From: Amoebidium appalachense
Taxonomy: Eukaryota; Protista; Ichthyosporea
NCBI GenBank assembly: GCA_963693365.1
Contig: CAVNZM010000006.1
Coordinates: forward strand, 5,187,264 to 5,251,263
DNA: 64,000 bases
Direction: 5' to 3'
Shown: positions 37,829-53,852 of the stretch, in pieces
Layout of the letters: each line of letters begins with the position of its first letter
How positions within the stretch are numbered: the first letter of the stretch is position 1
The notes under the pieces: generated by a model
Told to the model about the DNA's origin: nothing
Databases searched by the model: none
The model's input: only the letters and a program-made list of their open reading frames with translations
Made by a program: the position numbers and the translations under genes

Positions 37829-38498
37829 ACCAAAAAAAAAAAAAAAAACCCCTCCACACACACACACACACACACACACACACCATAAATAACGATGAAA
37901 TAGTCGACACACGCGAAAAAAAAAAACTCGGAAAAAGTCGAGAAACGCCCCTAAGCCCCCCCCCCCCCCCCTCCCCCCCCCCCAAAAAAAAAAAAAAAAA
38001 AAAAAACCCCATTCTTTACTAGACAACTGACTCAGTGGTACTTCAATGCCATCCAGTCCCCATCCCAATTATCGTATTAGAGCTTCGATGGCTATCCCCC
38101 CTATACCCCTCCTATCGCTCACCCGATTGGTATAAAATCACTTATCGCCCCCATTCCCCCCTCCCCCCCTCCCTCCCCCCGCGCCCCTGCCCAACTTGAA
38201 GAGGGAATCATCCCCAAAATCCAGGAGTCAAGTACGAAACTAAAAAAGGTGCGTGGGAAGATCAGGGAAAACCTTGAGGCATCGTGGCGTGAAAGTCACT
38301 TGCCCGTGGTATAAAAACGTTAAATTTGAGATAAAACACGGCTTTAGACTACTAGGACGATTATGGCTGGGAAGTCCCGGGGATATGAGTTGGGGACTGG
38401 GGGGGGGGGGGCGGGAGGCGGGGGGAGGGGGGGGGGGGGAGGGGGGAGGGGGGGGGGGGAGGGATGGGGGGAGGGGGGGGGGGAGGGGGTGGGTGGGT

Positions 38499-38536
<38 letters not shown>

Positions 38537-38675
38537 TGAAAAGGGGGAGGGATGGGTGTGTGCCTGTGACTGTAGACACGCGCAGTTGTGTGTTGACGGT
38601 GGTCCAAAGTTTTTTATTTTTATTTTCTTATTTTCTATTTTCTATTTTTTATTTTATTTTTTATTTTATTTTATT

Positions 38676-38706
<31 letters not shown>

Positions 38707-38890
38707 GGGACGAAGGCAGTGCGATGAAGCGAAAAAAATATGATGCCTGTGAATGCAACTGAGCAATCAGCGAGAACCACGCTAGTAAGGATGTACGCAG
38801 AAGTAAGTAACTACAGAGCCGTGGGGCGGGGAAAAAAACGGGGGAAGCAAGCAAGGAAGGGGGGCGGGGGGATGGGAAAGAGGGGGAAAT

Positions 38891-38921
<31 letters not shown>

Positions 38922-40180
38922 ACATTTTCGTTGCAGCCGAACGGGTCTGAAAAATCTTCATCTTGTCTCTGACCCTCGCTGGCACCACCCTGTTGGTCTA
39001 GGGGGTAAATTCCATGCTCTATAACGGTAGGTAGCGACATGCGATTTGCACCCCCTCCAGCCTGACGTTCAAAAACCAAAGATGATTGGCCCCTTGCCAG
39101 TGTTGAGCCGTCTGTGATTGGTGTTTGTGATACCGTGTATATGTTCCTCTCCGGGCCTCCCGTTCGGAATCTTGCGGACTTTTTGAGAACACATGCCATC
39201 TGAAAGTAGAAGTATGCACAAACACAAACCGCGATTGTTGGAAGAAATATATGGAACAAGGAAACCCAAAATGTTTCACGATCGAAGGAGAGACACGCGA
39301 AAAGGACACAGGAATATCCGTATATCCCGTCCAAGAAAAAAGGCACAGCCGCCACATTGAGAAGGAAAATACAACTTGCAAACGAGATATACGAAATTTT
39401 GCTGCAAGTCGGCGCGGACCTGTGTTTGACGAGAACTAGGTATAGGGTGAATGAACTAAAAATAGAAGCAAACGAAGTCCACATAACGGTGCATGTCCAA
39501 ATATATCCCACAACCGCACACGATCTTTTTGGTGCCCCACCGTCAAGGGGTACATAGCCGACAACCTCCATAAGGAAAAAAATGAGGGAAATTGCGTTGA
39601 AAAATGTGTCCGTGATAGCCGTGAGGAGAGATAACTGCTGCAAAACAGTTCTCTGTGCGTTGTTGTGTGCGGGATAGCGGTGGAGCCGCCAGAGCAGCCA
39701 CCCAATAGCAAACAGGCTGGCGATGCAGAAAAGAATCGACAGTGTCTGAGAGAAAACAGTTAGTTACGTGTCCAAAATCTTTGTTGTAGGAAAGTACAAG
39801 CCTTTGAGATAAGTTAGGATGGTACAATAATTATTATGCCGATGTACCTCAGTACGAGTGTGAGAGGGTTGTGAGGAAAGCGGGTGGCATGTCAGCCTGT
39901 TTTAGCAGAACTCCGGGGTGAACTTCAAGCTAGGGAGAAAAAGGCGTTTTTTTAGAATGCAGGACAGGGCCCCCCGGGGAGAGAGGGGAAGGGGGGGGGG
40001 GGTTACCAAAGGAGAGGGGGGAGGGGAGGGGGGAGGGGAGGAGAGAGGGGGAGAGGGGGGGGGAGGGGGTGGAATGGGGATGAACATAAAGGGCCTTACC
40101 CGCAAACTGTGCGCGACTGCAGAAGAGGGAAGACTCTCAGACGGGCACTGTGTGGACTCGAAAGAAGGGGATTGGTCCAT
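36416..40180 (-). CDS. 7TM GPCR-like receptor, subfamily B copy B1, intact
   Basis: Exons 40180-40100 (MDQSPSFESTQCPSES...SLR|GTAAGG), 39745-38924, 36961/36964-36416 (TGA); same 3-exon layout and motifs as A2. Confidence 0.83.
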
Positions 40181-40187
40181 AGTGAAG

Positions 40188-40212
40188 CACGTGGTCTGCA
40201 GCCAATGAAAAA
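40188..40212 (-). promoter_or_regulatory. Conserved ATTGG (CCAAT) + CACGTG (E-box-like) module just upstream of B1 ATG
   Basis: TTTTCATTGGCTGCAnAnCACGTG is conserved upstream of B1, B2 (48686-48709) and B3 (61046-61069) while the flanks diverge. Confidence 0.5.
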
Positions 40213-41155
40213 CCACGGTCTGTGGGACGGCGCAGTCAGTCACAACCGCACTAACAGTGTCAAACCGAAACTTTTCTTGCCTACCAAGGTGACATGAAGG
40301 ACCCCAATGGCATGCCTCCAGATTCAAACAGATGGCATTTTTGTATGACGAAATAATGGTGTGTAGATGATATGGCAAGGCGACGTACACATAATGCTGT
40401 ACTTATGGCACAAGGTGTGAATGTATTGCCGGAGAGCTTGGTGCCACTGGGTGAACGGGTAGCCGGTGGGTTGATCAATTGCAAGAGCACCCAATGGCCC
40501 GCGGTTGATAACTGTTGTGGTGGAGAAGACGGCGGGGGTGGTTGTTTGGAGGAAAGGACGGAGATGGGGTGGGGGAAGGGAGGGGGTGAGAGGGGGGGGG
40601 GGGGGGGGGGAGGGGGGGTGGATTCAAAGAGGCGAGGTGGACGACAGTGCGGGTATGGTGAAGGAATCAATTGATACGATGACTCAATTGTGAAGGTCAC
40701 TTAGAGTCAAATTACTGAACTGAGTCGCCAAGTTTTCATGCCATGATAAACACGTCATTACTGAATGGGGGGGACCATGGCCGGCCGGGAAATAAAAAAT
40801 TCAAGCTGGGGCAGGAGGAGGGGAGGATGGGGGGGGGGGATGACTCCGAGAGAGTCTAACTTTAGTACCGCCTTCCTCAAATTGGCCCTGCCTCATACTC
40901 CAGCAGAGGCCCAGTGGTGTGCACCTGACTGAGGCCATGATACAATTTGTGTGGTGGCACGTCCCCACTGTTTTTGCCACGGCAACCCAATATCATATGA
41001 ATATTCAATGCTTTCCGAATTAAGTTATCCAACGGTTGTCTTCTCACGCTACTAGAAGCTAGATCTGTGAGTGCGTGGGTGCGTGGGTGCGAGTGGGTGC
41101 GTGCACGGTGCGTGCGTGCGTGCGTGCGTGCATGCATGTGTGCGTGCGTGCACGG

Positions 41156-41202
<47 letters not shown>

Positions 41203-41338
41203 CACGGTGCGTGTGTACGGTTTGTGTGTCCGGGTGTATACATGTTTGTGTGTAGGTGTGTGTGTGTGTGTGTGTGTACCTTGTGTGTGTGTGTGCGTGC
41301 GTGTGTGTGTGTGTGCATGCGTGTGTGTGTGTGTGCAC

Positions 41339-41450
<112 letters not shown>

Positions 41451-44366
41451 GCGTGTGTGTGTGGGTGTGTGTGTTCCGGTGTATATGTGGGCCACCGCAC
41501 GGTATCGTGCCGTGCCGTGTGTCAGTAGTCATGCAGTGTGCCTCACTACGGTGTGTGTGCCACATGTCATTGTCAAACAGTCTGGGTGTTTGTGTTCTGG
41601 GTGTTTGTGTTCTGTGTATGTGTATATCACAGTGGACCAGTGCACGTGTACACACGTGTGTGTGTATGCGTATGTCAAGTTCCATGTGACCAAGGGAGCT
41701 AATCATTAGCGGGGGAGGGGTGGAAAAGGGGGCCCGGGGGGGGGAGGGGGGGGGGGGGGGGGGGAGACCGGGGGAGGGTACTACGGTACCATAGATAAAG
41801 CCGTAAAAACGTGAACATGGGTCACTGAGGTATATTTTGATACGCCTCAGGCCCTCCATGGCATCGTGACGGACTCGCCGGCAGTGCCGTGGCGATTACA
41901 CCGGCGGAACCATATGCGCATGCACTGGGTGGGCTAAATACTACCGACTCGAGGTACCCGGGCCAAAATAACCCGATAGCTGCTCTTGAATCACCGTGAC
42001 CGGACCCAGGTGAGTCAGACTGCTCGCGAAACTTCGCTCCACGATGCTCAAAACACCACAGTGACTGCTACTGAGCGTCATATATATTTGTTGGCAATCG
42101 GCGGCCTTGCAATTGGGCCCTAAACACTACATAAACACTACATAGTACTAGTACAGTTCGACCTCGGTGGATGATACGTCAGCAAGCTACTGCGGCGCTG
42201 CTATACATGTGTTGGAAAGTTGGAACCGTTAACGTTGAAGCACGGCCGGAAAAGAGTGGAAGTCGGTGACTCAACACACACACTACCAGGCTGAGCTATC
42301 GAGTGGCTTTGGCACGGCGCCTACTACATGGTAAATATTAATCATGTCACCCGCCCATGTCCGTTTCGGCCCCAAACGCACCATCATGAGGGAAAAACGA
42401 AACCCCAACATTCAGGCGATCAGAACATTTTGAATCATAATGATCAATAACTACGTAGATACGGATTGACTCGTAAAAAAAACCCTGCCCATGGCCACCA
42501 TGATGTTGAACATGTACATGTGACACTGTGGCAAGAGACAGAGCCTATGTGACTATCGTGTCACGACATATACGTACAGAGACTGTGTCACACAATGAGG
42601 TGCCACCAAATTGACGTCACACCGCGGACGTCGGCAGTCATGTACTACGTTTACCTGAATCCGCACGGTGTCCCGGACTGAACTTCAAAGGCTTTTTTAC
42701 TTGGTTTTTGGACAGGTGCACATACGGGTTCGTGCTGTGGAATCGTGGCCAGGCTGACGTCCGAGTGTGCACAGTGGCTATCCTAATTTGCCGATCTATT
42801 TTACATGCCGGGCGCTCGTATACATGTCCCGGTCACCGACAGTCTTCCGACCCGGCTTCGAAACTCTCATCAGCCGCAGTCATGATCAGACAAGGCTTCA
42901 ATGAGAGTCTCGAGATCCGAGACCGAGTTGGTTCGGTTTTGTGCTGCCCCTCAGTCAGGAATCCTTGGAATGCACAGTTCTAAAGCCCAATCTATACTTC
43001 ATAGTCATGATCATAAGCCAATCAGACGATAGATCCAATAATCGACTCGCCTGAGCCTGCGGCCGCGGCCGGCCTGGAGCCACGAGCATTCTTAATCTGA
43101 AAGGCTCTGGAGCCTCCGAGCAAGCGAGTCATACCTCTCTCGTAGTGATTTGGGACCCTAAGGGCAGGAGTTCATATTTCTAATTATAAACAGGCTGGAA
43201 GGAAGCTGGGCTTGAGGGGGAGCACCTGGCCGGGAAGGGGGCGGGGACGGCCAGGGGGTACCCGGCGGTGAGTGAGGGCCTGTATACACTGTGTGCGCCC
43301 GCATATCGACGTCACACGTGTTTGCAGCGTATGCGTGCGTCACCGACCGCGCGTGTGTGCGTGTGCTGTGTGTGCCAGTGTGTGTGTACAGTGTGCGTGT
43401 GTTTGTGTTTGATTGTGTGTGCGTGTGTGTCACAGTGTGTACACGTGTATGTGCGCACGACGTATGAATCATTGATGTGTCACGGTATGATCATATCTAG
43501 ATCCGTGTGTTACACGTACGTAAGTAAGTAATAATAACGTATCATGCGGGGAAGAGGGGGCCCGGCGGGGAGCTGGGGGGGGGGGGGGGGGGGATCCGAT
43601 ATAAACAGGACCAGCACCCAGCGTACTGCAGTGGAAAACAAAGGCTTGAAAATACTATCTATGACCGAAGTAAGTTAGCAATAATACTGTATATCCGATG
43701 GGAAGTTTAAGGGATGCTAAGGCTATAATTAGCCCACCCTTAAATTATAGATATAACAAAAAGCTCTCTTGTATTGCTTGTGATAGTGAGAAATCGAGTT
43801 CTGCAATTTTTTGTGGGGGGTTGATTAGTGAAAAATATGAAAAGTTGTTCACAGCGAGGCCTAGGGGGAGGCAACATGGATCCCAATTTGGCTCGTCTGC
43901 GGCCGGCTTGGATTCGATCAAATTCGTGAGCCACATCAAAAGTCGATCTATTGAAATCTATTTGCGCGTCTGATTGGCTCCGTATCAGCGCCAATTGTTA
44001 TTAGAAAATTCGCAGTCCATATGACCGCTGCGCGCACAGATTGGGCGCCCTTAAAATTTTAGTATGATATCATTGTGTGATATCACCAATTGCAAATCAT
44101 GAGCAGGCTGAGCGCCATAATACCATGTACAGTGTACTGTAACAGTAAAGTTGACTGTATGAACGCCTCAGGCCAGAGAAACTGCATGTGCACTCATGAT
44201 ATATCAGTTTTAAATTATTATTGCATGACTAAACTACATACTGTAAGTATTCAATAATATGATAATAACACCACGGTACGTACTACATCATGATAGAAAT
44301 GCTCAGTGCGTCTTTTCATACTGACTGTACATGATAGATCAACGCACGCCCACATTGCCCACATAC

Positions 44367-44872
<506 letters not shown>

Positions 44873-45040
44873 GGTCACTACTATTGAACACAGCATCAAG
44901 TGACTGCAGGTACTATGTACCCTCCTCATACCGTGCATCATGGTCTATATATATAGGAAGTCCAGTCTGGCAACTCGATGCACCCGCATCATCATCACAT
45001 TCATTATCACACACAACGTTAACCACTAAAAGCTCCGGGA

Positions 45041-45077
<37 letters not shown>

Positions 45078-45162
45078 CAAAAAAGGGAAATAAAAAGGGG
45101 AGGGGGGGGGAAGAAAGTATTCAAATGGACTAATTATGGCAATCGCCCGGAATTTTCACCTA

Positions 45163-45868
45163 TCAGGCTTGCAGGGTTGCGAGCAGAACCACCGACGAAA
45201 AATACCCAGTCACAACCCCTGAGAGATTGGTTGGCAGACACATCGCCATAGCAACGGCCCCTCCCATTGGTTGCCCGGCCGCCATAAATCCCGCCTTAAC
45301 CACCCACGGCACCCACAACAGCGAATGGGCTAAGATCATACCCTGTAGGGCAAAAACCATCTTGCGAAGGCGATGGACAATCTGTGGGTTCTGATTGGTT
45401 GATTCGCGTATGGTAATATCTTGACTGGGCGATTCAATAACTTGAGTGATTGGATTGGGCAGTGCATTTTGGCTTGGTGGGAACTGATTGGGTGGTTCGA
45501 GTTCTAATCTTTGCCCGGGTTGTGTGTTTTCCCCCTGTGGGATGGAGGGTAAGGCCGGTAGTGGGTTTGAGAATTGCCGATAGCTTATTGGTTCTTGGCC
45601 GACTGTTGCCGCTTGATTGGCTCCTTCCAGAAACGTTCCTCGGGTCGGATCATCTTGAAGTTCAGTTGTTGTTGTAGGTGTGAGTGGGATTTCAGACTGG
45701 CCGGAGGCACGATTTGACGCTGCTGACGCCTGTTGCAATCAAGGGGGGGGGGGGGGGGGGGTGCCAGTGGGGGCCGGGGGAGGGGGTTGGGTGCAAGCAG
45801 AACTTGAGGGAAGGGGCCCGGAATGGGGAAGGGAGCCTCGGGGAGGGGGTGGGGGTGGGTGGGTGGGA

Positions 45869-45899
<31 letters not shown>

Positions 45900-48227
45900 A
45901 GGGACGGGATGAGTGAATGCAATCGATGAGAGCCATATTGAGTTTCAAGAGGCCTCACGGCCCGGTAGAGTCACCATACGCATGTGCTTTATCCCCAGTA
46001 TCATCCTCCCTACCTTCAGGGCCAGGTCCCTTTCCCCCCAGCATCCCCCCCCCCCCCCTGAGGCTCGCCTTCTCTCTCCCCCTCCCCCCCCCCCCTGGAA
46101 ATAAAATAATAATAAAACTTAGAAAAATAAATAAATGAACTACCCTAAACTCCTCCTCTACCCAGCCCGCCCTCAACGACTAGACACCACCGTGCATGTA
46201 AACTATTTGAAAGCATTTTGTGACCATCTGATTCGTATTCCCACACCTTGGTAAATAAATACCCGGCAAAGTATGCATCCACTTAACTTACCAAGTTGTT
46301 AACTATGGTGACCCGACCGGCTTCACATCTTATGTGCACATCCCAAGGGGCTTCGGAAATTCCGAGACATGAATCTAAAACCAATGAGAAAAGCAAGTAC
46401 GTCACTGAAACACATACAGTATACGGGGGGGTTTTTTTTTTTGGGGGGGGGGGGGGTGGAGGGGGTGGACTCCGAGGGGGGAAGGGGGGGGAGAGGGGGG
46501 GGGGGGGGAGGGGGGGAGGACGGAGGGGCGCGGGGGAGATTCAGGAAGAGGTGAGCCAGTAGGTTTCAATAACGGCTACAGACAGTTTGGCTGGGGGGCC
46601 CGTGCACTGAAGGGATTGGAGCGGGTGCCACGTGTGTCGAAGAGGGAGGACGGGGAGGAGGAGGGGGGGGGGGGGGGGGGGGGGGGGTGGAAGGGAGTGC
46701 GGTGAAGCGAATGGAATGGAAGAAGGAAAGCAGATCCTGGTTGGCAAGCGATAACTTAGGGGATTTTGGTGGCACACGCGTGGGCAGGGGGGGGGGGGGG
46801 GGGGGGGGGGGGGGGTGATTATATTTTGGACCCACTATTTCAAAGCTCCACGGGTCTGTAAACTCCTCATCTCGTCTCTCAGACTGACCCTCACCCCTTT
46901 GGTCTTGGGGGCAGGGTCCATGCTCCATAACGGTAGGTAGAGTCGTTTGATTTGCACCCCCTCCAACCTGGTGCCCGAACGCCGTAGATGATTGGCCTCT
47001 TGAGAGTGTGGAGACGTCTGTGATTGGTGCTTGTGACACCGTGTATACGGCTCTTTCCGGGACGCTTGTTCGAAATCTGGCAGACTTTTTGAGAACATAT
47101 GTCATCCGAAAGTAGAAGTATGCACAAACCAAAACCGCGATTGTTGGAAGAAAAACATGGAACAAGGAAACCCAAAAAAAATCCTCATCGACCAAGAGAC
47201 ACAGAAAAAGGATACAGGAATACCCATATATCCCGCCGAAAGAAAAAGGCAGAGCCGCTACCGTGAGAAGGAAAATAAAACCTGCACACTAGATATACGA
47301 AATTCTGCTGCAAGTCGGCGAAGTTCTTTGTTTGACGAGAACTAGATATAGGGTGAAAGAATTAAGAATAGAGGCAAACGAAGTCCACATAACGGATGAT
47401 GTCCACATATATCCCACAACCGCACACGGTATTTCTGGACGAGCCCCACCGTCAAGGGGTACATAACCGGTAACCTCCATCAGGAAATAAACGAGAGATA
47501 TTGCGTTGAAAAACGTGTCCGTGATAGCCGTCAAGAGAGGTAATTGCTGTAGAGTAGTTCTCTGTGCGTTGTTGTGTGCGGGATAGCGGTGGAGCCGCCA
47601 AAGCAGCCATCCAATCGCAGACAGGCTGACGATGCAGAAAAGAATCGACAGTGCCTGAGATATAAGAGTTAGTCGGGTGTTACAACCGGTGTTTCTTTTA
47701 GGCCGATCTATGGGTCCTTTTGGGTCAGGCAAAATGCTGTTTGATTTAACCTCTAGCCAATCATGGTAAGGCAGAAATTTCCTTGAACTTCGAGTCGACT
47801 CTGTCGGGTGTGATCCGGCCCGGGAATCCTTAAAGAAAGTCCCTCCTATAAGATCATTGCAATTGCTGGCAAAAAATCCCCCGGGGATCATGCGACAACA
47901 TTGCAAAGGCCAGCTATGAGTCTCGGAGAAGTACATACCCAGCCGGTTGAAGGAGCTAGTGATAATTTGCATCACCTACCAAAATCATCGTATTATTTGG
48001 GTATCAAGTGTCATCTGTCACGGTTTTTTTTTTTTTTTTTTTTTTTTTTCCAGTGTGCCACAGTGTGTTCAACCCAACGGTATGTGTGCCTGTTCAACCC
48101 AACGGTATGTGTGTGTGTGCGTGCAGAGGCTCAGAGGCTCGCGCGCGCATGTGCGTGTGTGTGTGTGTGTGTGTGTGTTTGTGTGTTTGTGTCTTCTTTT
48201 TATTTTCCTGGCCCTGGGGGACGCAGG

Positions 48228-48263
<36 letters not shown>

Positions 48264-48264
48264 G

Positions 48265-48296
<32 letters not shown>

Positions 48297-48300
48297 TAGG

Positions 48301-48370
<70 letters not shown>

Positions 48371-48678
48371 GTGCCACACTAAACGGTTTAATTTGATGGA
48401 GTCTTTTGATTGGAATTAAAATCATAAACCCGTTCAACGGTTTTGATGCTACATGTGGCATCGAATTTCAATAACCCACAATTTATTTGCCTACGGCAAA
48501 CAAACCTGCAACCCTAGGCTTTCCATCTGGCAGGGGGTGGGTGTTGGGGGGAGAGGGGGTATAAAGGTACTTAGTAGGAAGGGGATTTGATTCAACGTAC
48601 CCGCAAACTAATGGCGACTGCAGAAGAGGGAACACTCTCTGACGGGCACTGCGTGGAGGAAGGCCGCGAGTGCCCCAT
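45163..48678 (-). pseudogene. 7TM GPCR-like receptor, subfamily B copy B2 (single in-frame TAG, otherwise intact)
   Basis: Exons 48678-48601, 47654-46836, 45729-45163 (TGA). TAG at 47289-47291 where B1 and B3 have TCG (Ser); the frame continues unbroken. Confidence 0.75.
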
Positions 48679-49366
48679 AATGAATCACGTGATGTGCAGC
48701 CAATGAAAAGAAAGTGCAACCAGACTGATGGGTGCCTAGCCTGAAGGCTTGATCGAACCCCCCCTTGGTCATGCAAAATAAACAGGAATCCAATGACAAA
48801 AACTTTGGTTCCAAGGTTGACTCTGCAGGGCCTCGGGTAAACTTTGTTTGTCGTCAGTGACGACCGGCAGAAAGGCATCGAAGATTTTACGGTGCCCAGG
48901 GTGCACGGGCACACACACCTGCGGACCGAGTAAAGGATGGAGTCAGTGATCCAGAATCAATGGGTGGGGTTGCCGGGGGTACGGTGGTGGTTGCCGAGGT
49001 GAAAAGGAAGGAGGATGGGAGGGGACCTCTGTTAGAAGAATGGGGAATCTCAGGAGGGAACTTGTGTGTGTGTGTGGGGGGGGGGGGGGGGGGGGGGGGG
49101 AGGAAGGAAGGGGGGAAGGGGTTAATCGAGAGAGGGCCTCTGGGAGAGAGACAGAGAGATAGAGAGCTCGAGGGAGGGGGGGGGGCGGGGGGGGGGGAGG
49201 GAGGGAGGGAGAGACAAAGGGGGGGGGGGGGGGGGGGGGGGGGACTCGGGAGAGAGGGAGAGACTATCGGAGAGAGAGAGAGAGAGAGTAAAGAGAGACT
49301 CTGAGAGAGAGAGGGAGAGAGAGCCTAGGGAGGGGGTACTGGGGTAGGAGACAGTGAACGGGACAC

Positions 49367-49570
<204 letters not shown>

Positions 49571-51615
49571 GGAGGGAGGGAGAGGGGAAAGAGGGAGATA
49601 GACTCTAGAGAGAGAGAGAGCGAGAGAGCGATAGAGTGCCTCGGAGGGAGAGAGAAAGAGCCCTTGAGAGAGAGAAAGCCTCGGGGAAGGGGGTGGGGGG
49701 GAGGGGAGGGGGGAGTCGAGGGGAGCTTAAGGGAGAGGGGGGGGGGGGGGGACTTTTGGGGGGGGGGGGGGGGGGATGGGGAAGGACTAGAGCCTGAGAT
49801 TCGGGGGGAGGGGGGGAGGGGGGGGGGGGGGGGGAGGGGGGGTTGGTACCGTGGTTTGAAAACTTGCAGAGGAACGCATGTGGCTTCTCACGGTGTACCT
49901 AGGCCTGACGTCCCTGCCCTCCGGTCGGAAAGAAACATAATCATTCCAGCACTCACGCAAATGTGTCAATTCAAGCCCGTATTCCTCGCAAGGTCAAGAG
50001 CAAAATAACACAGGAAACCAGTCAGCCATAAAGTAACGGTTCACTAAGGACTTAGCCTCAGTACAAAGTCAATGAATCCGCAGAATTTCTGTCAGAAAGA
50101 AAACGGTGTCAGTTGGACGAAACTAACGTTTGAAACTGCAGCTGATTGAGCCGTGCAGTGTTTTTTTAGGTTTTTTTTATACCTGATTTCAACTTAGGTC
50201 TTATCAGTCACGTGGACTAATGTGGCTTCCATAATATTACTTTTATTTCCCAGGCTGGGTTTCAGTGACTTCTGGAAGTGACAGAAGGATCAGCCCGGTG
50301 CACGTAATTAGTAAACTTGCACGTGCACGTGCCAGCCTTGGCATGTCACTGTGACGGCTATATGGCAGTGTCACGAAGTTCGGTTCACGCTCTTGACAAT
50401 TAAGCCCCTACCTATTGTGGGGCCAAAAAAAACCCCAACATAGCCTGGGACTATTTTTTTAGTTTCACTGGTTAGTCTGTGACAGCCTCGGAGGTCTTGA
50501 AAGTTTGAGGCAAGACGTCAGCACGCGCACGATCGCGAATACTGGTGTAGGTGCTGCCAAATTTGAAAACCCGGGCGACTCGACAGAAACAGTCCACGAC
50601 GGTCGATATGAAACCGTTAACAAGTAAAAGAAAAAAGTGGCCCATATATACGTGTGCAGGCGCACGCGTACAATGAAGCCCCGGGCGCCCAAGGCACGTG
50701 GAGTCATTCGAAAGATGATGACGCCATCATTGGAAATGATAATGGGCCTCAGGCTCCGAGTATGATTTGCTGCAGAACCAACGGTTTCTGTTGACAAGCT
50801 TAACATGGCTTGACTTTGCAGGCGCTGTGTTGGGCAGGGTCGTTTTTTTTTTTTTTGGTTTTTTTAGACTGTATGCCAGCTGCATGAATCATTCGCTCAA
50901 ACATGTTCTGTCAAAGTCACGGTACATGTGCAGATACTGAGCGTGTCAATGGGGTACTCTCAAAGTTTTTCTCCGTGGCACTGTGCGGATCACGCACGGC
51001 GTTTCACATGCTTGGCTGAGGGTTCAAAATGACGTCGTGACGCACCGTCCCACTGAGTATCAACTCAGCTAGGCCTGGGCCCTTAGGCTCCTCAGTTTGG
51101 CTGCCAGATTATTCTGAGGCTCTCATGATGGTTTAAAGGGTAGTAGGCTGCAGTGCCCGCTGGGTCCATCAACCTTATAAGTAATTGACGTTCATTCTGA
51201 CACACATTTTCACGTTATGTACCCACGGCATCATAGTATGATTCTTCACATCACTGCAGTGCCACACATACCGTGTAGGTTACCGTTTCACTTACGCTTG
51301 ATACATACGAAAGGTAGCCCTACGTTAGCGGATACCCGGGCTATCTATCATCGGACTCAGCTTAACTTATCAGTTAAATTACCAAGTTGAAACACCGTGC
51401 GAGTCATTGAATTAATCGTTCTGTTAAATTGATGAGTTACGACACATATGGGCCAGAGTTTCTACATCATGAAACTTCGAGGAACATGATAATCACGTAC
51501 AAAGGCTGTCAGGTACTGTCTCAGTCGGACTCTTGACATTCGAAGCAACTTAGCATAGTAGTAGACGTGGGACAAAGTCTGAGAACGGGTACCGGTAGCC
51601 CCCCTCCCCCCGCCC

Positions 51616-51647
<32 letters not shown>

Positions 51648-51855
51648 ACGCCCCTCCCCCGAGGAACCCCACCCTCCTCCCCCTCCGGCCCCTACTACTT
51701 CCCACACAGACACACGCGCATGCGTCGTGTGACACACAGTCACACACACCACATATATGTCACGTACACTGACACAAACACACACGCACACACGCACACA
51801 CTGTGGCACACGCACACACTGGCTGGCACAAACACAAACACAAACACACACGCAC

Positions 51856-51899
<44 letters not shown>

Positions 51900-51923
51900 T
51901 GACACACACACGCACACACGCAC

Positions 51924-51959
<36 letters not shown>

Positions 51960-52145
51960 CTGTCACACACACCGTGACACACACTTCACTGAAGTCACAC
52001 ACACACATACACACACACACACACACACATACACACCGTGACGTCGACACATCACAGTCACACACACACACACACAGTGTCACGGCGTGATATCAGTGAC
52101 ACACACTTACACACACACACACGCCGTGACAAACACTTAGTCACT

Positions 52146-52560
<415 letters not shown>

Positions 52561-53040
52561 TGCACTGTAATTGAGCAGTGCACTCCGCTGGGTGCAGGTG
52601 GCAACTGTCGAAAGGCAGTCTGCCCAGGTCTCTCACCTGTTAGCTAAACCCAATCTTGTGTTGGATAATGGGCCCTTAGTACTCCAAAAGTGTCGGGGGG
52701 CGAGGAAAACGGCAACCCATTATGATAGCTACCTGGTTGATCTTGATCTGCTCAAGCGATCACGAAAAAACATGAAAAAACTTTTAAAAAACTTTAGGTC
52801 AATTTTTTCGGTAAAATCCCTTGAGCAGATCAAACTGTTCTGCTTGTATCTCAGTGTACGTGTGCAGGGGGTATAACAACAACACTAACTGTGACAACTT
52901 GGTGCATTTTGGTTGAACGGTTCCCAAGTTATTACATTTTTAATTTTTTGAAACGTGCATAACGCTATGCTCAAACCTGCATAACGTTATACAATTGTAA
53001 TGCAAATGTAAATTTGCCTCAAAAAGTTCGTTAAAGTGCC

Positions 53041-53090
<50 letters not shown>

Positions 53091-53726
53091 AGCACACCGC
53101 AGTGTTCGATAGTATTAGTAATGCAAGTCCCTTTTTCTAGCACTGATTATTCTTTTTTAGTAAAAAAAATTTCCTACTGGCACTACATAGCGCAACTTGA
53201 TGAATCTTGTTAAGCTTTACCTGGTACCTTAGTTGATGTTCATGTCACAGCTGCAAGAAAAGTGCTGACTTACGGCGAAAGTCACTACTATTCTCGCCTG
53301 ACTAGCAGAGTGTACACACGACAACTAACACGTACCTGGGCCCACATGCATATGAATGTGAGTATACGTGGGTGATCAGGCCACTAAACTAACAGACATA
53401 AACACGTGCAGAGTGGTGCTTGGCAATGCACGATGCCACAGCACTAACAGAGAGGGTAGTGTGGAGAGGTAGAAACACAGTTGCATGTTCTGTCAATCTA
53501 CGTCTGATTTATTATCCTCGATTCTCACCTATTTATCTGCCGCAGGCAGATCATCCATGAATACAGATCTATCTAAAGGTATTTGCGCATCTGATTGGCA
53601 AATACTATGAATACTATATATCTGACCAATCATATAACGACACGTACATGAACGGAAATCAAACTGCATTCCCCTCATACCGTCCAACCGCAGACAAAAC
53701 ACGGTTACACCCTCGTTTCCCAAGCC

Positions 53727-53761
<35 letters not shown>

Positions 53762-53852
53762 CCGCTGCCGCCGCCCCGCCGCCACCGCAACCAAAAATTT
53801 CGAGGGGGGGGGGGGGGGGGGGGAGGGAACTTCGGGGAGGGGGGGGGGGGGG

